64,000 nucleotides of DNA from Guillardia theta CCMP2712 (Eukaryota; Protista; Cryptophyta), in NCBI RefSeq assembly GCF_000315625.1, contig NW_005434665.1, forward strand, positions 74,969-138,968, read 5' to 3'. Each line of letters starts with the position of its first letter. Position 1 is the stretch's first letter. A program made the position numbers and the translations under genes. The notes under the pieces were generated by a model, which ran no database searches, was not told where the DNA came from, and saw only the letters and a list, made by a program, of their open reading frames with translations. Below are positions 19,407 through 28,685 of this stretch, piece after piece.

Positions 19407-20781
19407 TTAAGACCTCGTATCACAATGCTTCGGCGACTTGACAGTTCCAGCTACGTGGAACTTCTTTCTGAGAGCTTTCTCAAGAAAATGTTTGGTGGAA
19501 GCTGATGAGCAGGTGCTCAACAATTGACTGCAAAACTTGAATGATGCCGACCTGAAGTATCTCCCTCAACATGCGTTGACTTGGGCTTGGCGATACTCCC
19601 TCCCGGTGTCCTGCGAAATTTTCAAGCTCAGGTTAATCCGAACAGCACCGATCAAAGAAACACCTTGGAATCCCTGTCGTTTTCAGTCTTCCGTTCATTT
19701 TTTCCTGTAGCTCGACCATGATGGGCTTTGACTTTCTTTTGCTCGTCACTTTTCGCTGCATCAGCAGTCAATGATGCATCAAGTCTGGTCTAATACTTCA
19801 GAGACTTCATCCACTGCTTTCGAGGCTGTTTCGTCATGCGTTGTCAAATCTTCTGTCAAAGGAGGAGGAGGCGGCGGCGGAGGGGGAGGGGGAGGAGGCG
19901 GCGGTGCAGGCGCAATCCGATGTGTTCCAGCCTCTTGATTATCTGCCCATCGCACTTTTCGTTGAGGAGAACCCTCGCCCGAAGTTGTGTGTGCTGTCCT
20001 TTCTGTCAGATGCGAACAACAAGCAGGTGAGTATGAAGCTCGAGATTGTTTGATTGAAAGCTTACAAACCTTGATGAAGAATCGGTGACTCTGTCCAAAG
20101 TGTCAAACTTCAAAAGCAGAATGAGAATAAGCACTATGTACCATCTACACTGTACAACAGCTCTTCTTGGATTCTTGCATGACATCTCAACTCCTTGAAC
20201 AAGTCTGCCAATTTCTGCCCTGATTCGGACTGTCGAGAACCTAATTATGCATTGAAATCACAGGTTCTCCCCTTATTTCTCAAGCATGTGACAGGCGAAC
20301 TCACTGGACAAACTTGCATCTTCATCTTCGGCTGCTCACCAAAAAAATCAGAACGACTTAATACGCTGCATTCCAAACCTCCCCAGCTTCGTGCAGGAGA
20401 AATCGAGTCAGGCACTGACTGTGAAAGAAGACATGATGCACTGGACATATGGAACTGACGAAGTTACCTCCTGCAAGTCTTGCCAGAGCTCATTTCGTCG
20501 AGAAATGGCTCGTTGGATCCCTACAGACATACATGATCCAGTCACATGCATGGCCTGGATGATCAAAGCAGCTTCATATGACTCACTGTCGGAGAGCTGC
20601 TCCCTTACATTCCTGTACCCTGCCAATCTGTGCCCAAGACAGTCAACGAATTCCCAAGAGCAAGTGGAGCAGGGCTGAACCTCTCTCTGAGCTCGTCGTG
20701 ACAGCTCTCTTCGTTCTTGTGTCTTCCTTCCCTTGTCGACATGTTCACCGGAAGCTCTGCTAAGGCGCGGCGGGAAGCCAT
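19407..20781 (-). CDS. Proline-rich protein with PRR11/MTFR1-like C-terminal motifs, multi-exon
   Basis: Start MASRRALAELPVN; poly-Pro near 19860-19905; spliced C-terminus RLKTTGIP|RTPGGS..FLEKALRKKFH resembles the PRR11 RSPGGTP..ALRRKF motifs. Confidence 0.5.
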
Positions 20782-21289
20782 CGTCTGTCCCCGCCTTCCC
20801 TCCTTCAGGTCAAACTTTCGAAACTTTGAAACTTTTCTTTTCTTCCTACAGACCTGGACCTAGGAAGTAGTCCTAGGGGAGTAAAAGAAACCTTGCAGAA
20901 AGACAGCAATAATCACTGTGACGGATCAATTAACAAAACAATTGCTGCCCCCATCCGACTAGGCGCGTCACGTGGGACTCTGCCAGAACGGTCCGATACG
21001 ACGAGAGCATTGTTCCTGTGATACTACCCCTACTATCTCGCGGATTGCGAGGGGTACCTCCGATAGTTGCTACATGACAATCCTGAGTCACGAGCGAGAC
21101 ACTTGTATCTACAAGTTCCCAGCTTCGAGCTTCTTCTCTGACTGTCTTAAAGTTCCTCTTGTAGCCTCAACACTCATCGGTTGACGCAAACCAGAGGGTC
21201 AAACTCTTCTCTGACTGTCTTGTGGGCCGATTATACTCCACTCTCCTCTCCCCTCCCACCACATCTACTCCGGCGCTCTCAGCACCGCC

Positions 21290-21532
21290 ATGTCCCCACT
21301 CCTACGCTCAGATACCCTGCCTGATCTTCTCCCCTACGAATCCTCCGCTTGTCGCTTCGCTTCAGGAACCAGTTTCTCCTCCGCCTCCTCTGCCTCTGCC
21401 TCCTCCTCCAAGACCCTCCAGCTCGCCCGTCTCCGTGCCGCCATCGCCTACATCCAGCGCCTGCAACACCAGCATGGGGGCAGCATCGACGGGCTGCCGC
21501 TGCCCTGCGCGATCGCAACCGCGGAGGGATAG
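21290..21532 (+). CDS. Microprotein copy A (80 aa), bHLH helix-2-like motif
   Basis: cgccATG context, upstream TTATACTCC, C-terminal half and stop identical in three copies. Confidence 0.5.
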   Translation: MSPLLRSDTLPDLLPYESSACRFASGTSFSSASSASASSSKTLQLARLRAAIAYIQRLQHQHGGSIDGLPLPCAIATAEG

Positions 21533-22325
21533 ACAGACAGAGGGAGGGGGGGAGGGTCGAGCAAGCGAATGGCCGTGTACATTAGTAAATATCTACATCC
21601 CTGACAGCACCAAGCGGCTCAGACTCCTTGTGCGATCCTACAGCCAGAAGCATCTTGCTCCTCCAGCGAGCAGCAACTGAGAGTCCCTCGCCCCCGCCCC
21701 CGCGATGATCGCTGAACCGTCCTGCACCCACGCAACTCGTCAGCACTTCTCGCACGTGAAGCCTGCGACGAGTCACAGAAGTGAAGTGAAGAGGGATGGA
21801 TGGGCCGCGGTCAGGGACGGGAGGTACTGGATGCTTGCAGATGCGTCACCTCAGTATCAGCTTACGACCAGGCAACCCAAGTCATGCCGGCGTAAGACCC
21901 GGAGCGGCAGGGGCAGGGTGCAGTCAGACGACCGAAGGAGGAGATGGGTCGGAGCTGATATGTGCGCATTTGCACTAGACCGTACGGGATCGTGACGGCA
22001 TCCGGACTAGACGAGGAGCCTACGAAGATCTTGTTTGATCTACTCTGCTTGACCAGGAGGATTGAGAGGCAACTCAGTAATCAACTCTGAACTAAGTTGC
22101 ATCGGATTCCCCAAGTTCTCGATTGGTCTGTCAACCTCCCCAAGTTTCTTTTTTGTAGTCACCGGCTTAAACTTCAACGAATCGTGCTCCTCTACTTACT
22201 ACCTGACTTGCCTTACAGGACCCTCGTGACCGTGACCTCCTGTACCGTGACTCTCCGACTCCTCTTATACTCCCCACTTCTCTCCCTCTCCCCACGACCT
22301 CTACCAGCCTGCTCGCCGCCTCGCC

Positions 22326-22523
22326 ATGTCCCCGCTCCCTGCCCTGCCCTTGGGCACTCTCCCTCCTCCCCGCTTCCCCTCCGCCTCTGCCTCCTCCTCC
22401 AAGACCCTCCAGCTCGCCCGTCTCCGTGCCGCCATCGCCTACATCCAGCGCCTGCAACACCAGCATGGGGGCAGCATCGACGGGCTGCCGCTGCCCTGCG
22501 CGATCGCAACTGCGGAGGGATAG
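22326..22523 (+). CDS. Microprotein copy B (65 aa)
   Basis: Same features as copy A; KTLQLARLRAAIAYIQRLQHQHGGSIDGLPLPCAIATAEG*. Confidence 0.5.
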   Translation: MSPLPALPLGTLPPPRFPSASASSSKTLQLARLRAAIAYIQRLQHQHGGSIDGLPLPCAIATAEG

Positions 22524-23574
22524 ACAGACAGAGAGGAGTGAGGGGGAGAGGGTCGAGCAAGCGAATGGCCGTGTACATTAGTAAACAAGACATGAACGAC
22601 TGCACAATTGTGGGAGATGAAGGAAAGCGAATAAAAATCTTGCCGAAAGGGGAAAATCCTCTCTTGATTTCTCTCAGTGCCTGCCTGAGCTGAACAGGAG
22701 AAGGAAAGCTGTTTACAGGAGCGTGCTGTTGTATGCACATCACAGAGATCAAGGACGCTACGAGCAGAGTAAGGACCAGAGAAGCCAAAGAATCAGATGA
22801 TAGAAGTCTCTAGATTTACTTGAGCCAAACTGCACACAAACCAAATGCACCACACTCGCTGCACATGTGTCCGCATGCAAGGGGATCGAAGAAAGGAGAC
22901 CCGACGCTGATGGCGCATCTGTTCAAATAGAAAGTATCCGTACAAGTATCAGTAACGTCCGGATCCTGGTGGATATGATAACCCTTGCCGTTCAACGACT
23001 CGTGCGCAGCCCATGTGCTGCCATCGATGGTTATCTAAATCTTTCAAGTCTGATGTGTTAATACATCGCCCTGTCCTCTAAAGCTCAGGAAGGAGCAAGA
23101 TATCGTCCAAGAATGTTATCAAACTTCCGGTTGAGTTGTGGCAATCAGTGGTTGTAATGTCAGAGTGTTAGCGAGTACTGATATGTTTGCAGCAGCAGGA
23201 GAGATGACCAAGACATGGGTAATGTCATGGATCATGAGCTTTCAACCAGCAAACTCTGACCTGAGTCGCACCCCCGACCTCCAATCCCTCCGCTGTCCTG
23301 CTTACCTGAAGATTTGTATCTTACGTGACTATCACGTGACCACAACGTGACTTCAAATGTTCCCAGCTTCGAGTCTGTTCTGCGACTGCATCTACAGGTA
23401 TTCCCCACTTTTCCACCCTTTCCTAAAAGAATCGTGCTCCTCTACTTACTACCTGACTTGCCTTACAGGACCCTCGTGACCGTGACCTCCTGTACCGTGA
23501 CTCTCCGACTCCTCTTATACTCCCCACTTCTCTCCCTCTCCCCACGACCTCACCAGCCTGCTCGCCGCCTCGCC

Positions 23575-23772
23575 ATGTCCCCACTCCCTGCCCTGCCCTT
23601 GGGCACTCTCCCTCCTCCCCGCTTCCCCTCCGCCTCTGCCTCCTCCTCCAAGACCCTCCAGCTCGCCCGTCTCCGTGCCGCCATCGCCTACATCCAGCGC
23701 CTGCAACACCAGCATGGGGGCAGCATTGACGGGCTGCCGCTGCCCTGCGCGATCGCAACCGCGGAGGGATAG
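23575..23772 (+). CDS. Microprotein copy C (65 aa)
   Basis: Protein identical to copy B; 3' flank nearly identical to copy A. Confidence 0.5.
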   Translation: MSPLPALPLGTLPPPRFPSASASSSKTLQLARLRAAIAYIQRLQHQHGGSIDGLPLPCAIATAEG

Positions 23773-25582
23773 ACAGACAGAGGGAGGGGGGGAGGGTCGA
23801 GCAAGCGAATGGCCGTGTACATTAGTAAATATCTACATCCCTGACAGCACCAAGCGGCTCAGACTCCTTGTGCGATCCTACAGCCAGAAGCATCTTGCTC
23901 CTCCAGCGAGCAGCAACTGAGAGTCCCCCGCCCCCGCGATGATCGCTGAACCGTCCTGCACCCACGCACTTCGAGTCGTGACTGGCTCGTCAAGGCAAGT
24001 TGGGCTGCGATTCTCTGCTGCCAGTGTGATCAGCCTGAGGCTGCGAGGGATGGATGGGATGATCGGACATCTGAGTCTTCAAGCCTGGCAGTGCTACCGT
24101 AATCATAGTAGTAATGCCGGGGCCCGGCCATCTTCGGCTCCGTCGGACCGAGCGGCCCGGGTTGGAACTCACTGAGTTCACTGAGTCAACGGTCACAAGT
24201 CGCACGCCGGTACACTGGTGTCACCGTGGTGGCACCCCGGCGGTGACCCGGCGTGAGTCAGTCCGAGCCGGGCCTTCAATCAGGCTCTCTCTCTAGCCGC
24301 AAGTTGTTTAGGCCTCTCATCTCAGCCTCAATTTGTTTGATTGATCTTCGAATAGGAAAAACAAGCCTTCCCCAGCCAGATTGGTCGGTCGAATATCTGA
24401 CTCGAACTGTGGAAACACACTGGAGCTTATTCGATTCATATTTTCTTGCCATGATCTTTGAGTAGGATCAAATGGAACTACCAGGAGATCTGGCGGAAGT
24501 TTCATGTCATGGAGCTAGGCTGTGGCATGCATAACTGAAGCTACTTCTGGATCGGCGAACAAGGTACAACTGCACAACATCTTCAAATGCCTTGAAACGG
24601 ATGTTCCAATCTCGCGGCAGCAATCCGACTCTCTGGTCACAAGTTCTTTACGGTTCAAAATTTATCTTTTGGTCTTCAAATTTGAATGGTTATTGCCTGC
24701 TCAGCATAACTGTAAACTTGACGCAGACAGTCTTGTCGTATCTCGACTTGGAACTCTGCTGACATTCTCTTGTTTGATTGACTTTCTGACGTCCGATGTA
24801 ACGTACTATTTCAGAAACTCGGGGGGAGGATGGAACGTATGCCAGCCGTGCCAGTCAGATAGCGCCGAGTTAACAAAAACTCTCCTGTAAACCAAGATGA
24901 CTTACGTGGCGAGGGCCGGCCGATGTAGCTTGTCACGTGGGACGAAGAGGGGGCCCTTTCCTAGTAGCCGTTTTGCCAAGGTCCTCTCATGTCTGGATGC
25001 TTGGGTTTCACATCCTGGCATACAGTCTATCTCTCCCAGTGATGTGCTCCTCAATTCCTTACAACTGAGGTCTATGGCAACGGTGATATCTCAGTGCGTG
25101 ACTTTTGGACTAGTACAAGTCTAACAAACTTGTGCTCCGTCGGCCAGTGTCAGGGTCAAGCCTCCTCGACTCTCCTGATTGTCCTCGTACTCACTCAACC
25201 GTGCTTTTTCCTGAACTTCACTTTGAGTAAAGATTGGCACTGAGCCTGTCGGTGAGTCGAATCCGCCGAACTTCGGAATTTCCTCGGCCCCCGGATCTGG
25301 CAACCCGGTATCATCGGGTCCGCACGGTCTCGCCGGGCCGGGCCCGGGGATGATCCGGCCCGGCCCCAGTGTCAGGTGACCGTCGGACAAGCGGCCGCCC
25401 GCCGCGCTACTACCGAGGCTACCGTGTGACTAGCCTAACTTAAGTTAATCCGGGGCCGCCGGAGCCTGGGCTACGGACGGGCGGACGCAAAAAGAGGCAG
25501 TGATCCGATACCGCACGGTACGGTACTCGGAGGCGCGGCCGGGTCAGCCGGAGGGCGGAAGTCACTAAGCCTTGCCAGCAAT

Positions 25583-25630
25583 AAAAAGAGTTGTCCAACC
25601 TCGGAGCCAGACGGCCCCTCAGCCAGCCGG
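25583..25630 (-). ncRNA. Conserved 43-nt tRNA 3' extension plus T5 terminator (candidate small RNA)
   Basis: Shared by all three tRNA-iMet copies. Confidence 0.45.
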
Positions 25631-25702
25631 TAGCGAAGGTTGGTTTCGATCCAACGACCTCGAGGTTATGAGCCTCGCACGCTCCCACTGCGCCACTTCG
25701 CT
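25631..25702 (-). tRNA. tRNA-iMet: Initiator tRNA-Met (CAT)
   Basis: Cloverleaf AGCGAAG/CTTCGCT, A1-U72 pair, T-loop ATCGAAA (A54, A60), anticodon CAT. Confidence 0.96.
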
Positions 25703-27337
25703 GGAGGTTACACCCCATCCTACATTATATGACCCCCCTCTTCCCCTCCCCTCCTCCCTTCCCCCTGCTCCTCCCAGTACTCCTACCCAGCGTCGCTCCA
25801 CCCTTGTTACTTCCCTCCCATCCTGAGCTCCACCGATCATACACATCTCATCTACTTGCTCTTTGTCTGGGCATCCTTCAACCTCTCACCCATCGGCTCC
25901 CTTCACACCTGCTCAATCGCTTCTTCCTCGGGTATTGCTCCCTTCCTAATCTAAGCCTTCCGCGGAACCATGGCTTTGAACTCTCAGCCAAAGGATGATT
26001 GTGTATCATTACGCTGCTGTTCGGTTTTGAAAAAGATCTCATGATTTGATTTCATCGATGTCCTCAGCGCTCACGACTCATACCTATCCCACGATTCGAA
26101 TGCAGTCTTTTACCTCTTGTTTGATCACAATTGTGTACAGAAGTGAACAGGGAAAAGATCTGTACATGCTGTTTCCCTATCATTTATTCACTGATTATGT
26201 AGATGTTGACTACATCTTGGTGGTGCCATCCTTTAACCCCTCACATCCTTCTACTCGATTTTGATCTTCCTTCTCTGATATTCGGGGCCTATTTGAGATT
26301 TATCCTATCCAGTTTCTTGCAATTGCCATACGTTTACCCTGTTTCGCAGCACTTGTATATTATCCATTCTCAGATACGCAGTGTTACCTTCCTATGTCTT
26401 TCCTTGTTTCCCTACCCCTGGTCTCCCTGTTATCAGCTTACTCGTATGATTGATCCATTTCGAAAATGCGATCTTCTGCCTCTGCCTAAAGCCTTATTGC
26501 AGCTCTGATTTACCGCTCATTTCGTATGCTTGCCCCGTACCATCACTAACACTTTGTATTTTATTGAAATCGCGCGATTCGTTTCTCGTTTTCCTTCTGC
26601 TACCACTTTGTTCCATATCGTTTGATACACTACTTTTTCTTTCATGAAGTGTGTTTGCTTTTCGTTGACCACCTTTTTGCGCCATGCGAAAAACTACAAT
26701 CACCTTTCTTCGCATGAGCGTATGCACATAGCAAAGTTGGATCAAGACCTGTGGATATGTTGGAGAGGGAGAAAAAACAAGAAACAGCATGGAACAATAC
26801 AAATCATTTTGATTCAACATTTGACTTTCTACTGGAATTAATGAAAAAAAATCTAGAATTGTGAATGATTTCGTGAATGGATCTTTTCCCTGTTCACTTC
26901 TGTACACAATTGTGATCAAACAAGAGGTAAAAGACTGCATTCGAATCGTGGGATAGGTATGAGTCGTGAGCGCTGAGGACATCGATGAAATCAAATCATG
27001 AGATCTTTTTCAAAACCGAACAGCAGCGTAATGATACACAATCATCCTTTGGCTGAGAGTTCAAAGCCATGGTTCCGCGGAAGGCTTAGATTAGGAAGGG
27101 AGCAATACCCGAGGAAGAAGCGATTGAGCAGGTGTGAAGGGAGCCGATGGGTGAGAGGTTGAAGGATGCCCAGACAAAGAGCAAGTAGATGAGATGTGTA
27201 TGATCGGTGGAGCTCAGGATGGGAGGGAAGTAACAAGGGTGGAGCGACGCTGGGTAGGAGTACTGGGAGGAGCAGGGGGAAGGGAGGAGGGGAGGGGAAG
27301 AGGGGGGTCATATAATGTAGGATGGGGTGTAACCTCC

Positions 27338-27409
27338 AGCGAAGTGGCGCAGTGGGAGCGTGCGAGGCTCATAACCTCGAGGTCGTTGGATCGAAACCAA
27401 CCTTCGCTA
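27338..27409 (+). tRNA. tRNA-iMet: Initiator tRNA-Met (CAT)
   Basis: AGCGAAGTGGCGCAGTGGGAGCGTGCGAGGCTCATAACCTCGAGGTCGTTGGATCGAAACCAACCTTCGCTA; TATAAT at about -27. Confidence 0.96.
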
Positions 27410-27457
27410 CCGGCTGGCTGAGGGGCCGTCTGGCTCCGAGGTTGGACAACTCTTTTT
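27410..27457 (+). ncRNA. Conserved 43-nt tRNA 3' extension plus T5 terminator (candidate small RNA)
   Basis: CCGGCTGGCTGAGGGGCCGTCTGGCTCCGAGGTTGGACAACTC-TTTTT. Confidence 0.45.
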
Positions 27458-28304
27458 ATTGCTGGCAAGGCTTAGTGACTTCCGCCCTCCGGCTGACCCG
27501 GCCGCGCCTCCGAGTACCGTGCGCCGGGCCCTCCGTGCCACCGTGGCACGGACCCGGTGACCTGTGCAGTATCGGATCAGTCCCTCTTTTGCCCTCTTTT
27601 TGCGCATTGCACGATCCCGGGCGCACTTCGCCGGGCGGGCACGGAACTGCGGCGCGGCCCGATCGGATCGGACAGTGAGTGACTCGCGGGCCGACCCGGC
27701 CGCCCGGCGCCGGCCGTCGTCCTACCGTCTGAGTACTCCTCGGCCTCCGAGCGCACTAGATCCTGATATCAAATAGCGGTTAGTGACGTTATAGCCCGCA
27801 AAAAAGATCTGAAGCTATTTTGGGAGATCGGCGATTGCGAGAATCCTTCAAAAATTCATGGGAAATTTGAAATAATTTCAGTCATTGAATGTTGTCCAGG
27901 CTGACGAGCCTCTGAGGGGTAAGATGCTATCCTACTCGTTATCTCTTATTGATTCAATTAGAAATAATTGGATGTGGGGGGGGTATGATGCATCAGCTCT
28001 AATGCCTCCGGAAATAGAACAGGGAAAAAAAATCGAGGGGCGGCAAAAAGGCGGCGGCTGGAGACCAAACCTATAGCGAGGTACGATGCCATGCATGCAC
28101 GCTCAGATGCAAGATGTAGTCTGACCTGATGCTGTTTCCCCTTCATGCTGTGTTTCAAATGTTTTATGGGATGCACAGATGTCCTGAAAATGTGTTGTGT
28201 TGAAGTGTCTCGTCTTAAAAGATTCTTGTGTCAATGATGAGGCTGAAAATGTAAATGGCTTTGTTCCGCGAAACTATTATGTTCCTTTCTTACATGTTCT
28301 GCAG

Positions 28305-28490
28305 ATGTTCCAGACTCTCTACGGCCAGACTGCTGCTGCTCTCTACGCCAAGGCCGCCGGCCAGAACGCCCAGGCCCGTCAGCTCTACAACGCCTCTGCT
28401 GACACCTACTACAAGGCCAACGATGCCGCTGCCTACGACGACTGGGTCCGCGCTCGCAACCACTGGGACTACTTCTACAACCGCTCGTAA
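28305..28490 (+). CDS. Small 61-aa Ala/Tyr-rich protein
   Basis: ATG directly after ctgcag acceptor; almost all codons end in C/T, as in highly expressed genes; MFQTLYGQTAAALYAKAAG..HWDYFYNRS*. Confidence 0.75.
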   Translation: MFQTLYGQTAAALYAKAAGQNAQARQLYNASADTYYKANDAAAYDDWVRARNHWDYFYNRS

Positions 28491-28685
28491 GCAGTACTAG
28501 CTCACACGGTTTAAAGTAGTTGTTGCCAGTAAATGAACTGAAACTAGCATAGCTGTCACTACGATGAATTGTCTTGTGGGAGGAAATTAGGGATTTCTTA
28601 CGGATCTACGCATCCTCTTTGTACATTTCATTTCTTCTCTTTCATATATCCTTATATACTAAACCCTAAAAATACTGTGATCATC

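Larger units (their letters stand above)
21390..23968 (+). repeat. Three-copy direct segmental repeat (about 21390-21735, 22179-22585, 23429-23968)
   Basis: Near-identical blocks; copy C has the 5' part of B and the 3' part of A. Confidence 0.93.
25520..26160. repeat. Left arm of 641-bp inverted repeat
   Basis: Reverse complement of 26880-27520; mirrored ORFs translate identically and matching coordinates sum to 53040. Confidence 0.97.
26880..27520. repeat. Right arm of 641-bp inverted repeat
   Basis: Reverse complement of 25520-26160. Confidence 0.97.

Noticed and set aside
24317-25270. Possible minus-strand spliced gene
   Set aside because: Exon-like pieces exist, but I could not build a consistent frame or recognise a domain.
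25520-27520. Inverted repeat as a TIR or foldback transposon
   Set aside because: No target-site duplication, no transposase ORF, and homology fades outward rather than ending sharply.
25440-27678. Mirror-image ORF pairs of 75-118 aa
   Set aside because: By-products of the palindrome that overlap tRNA genes; no coding signature.
28658-28672. TAAACCCTAAA telomere-like or telo-box word
   Set aside because: Single occurrence in an AT-rich 3' region; no array.
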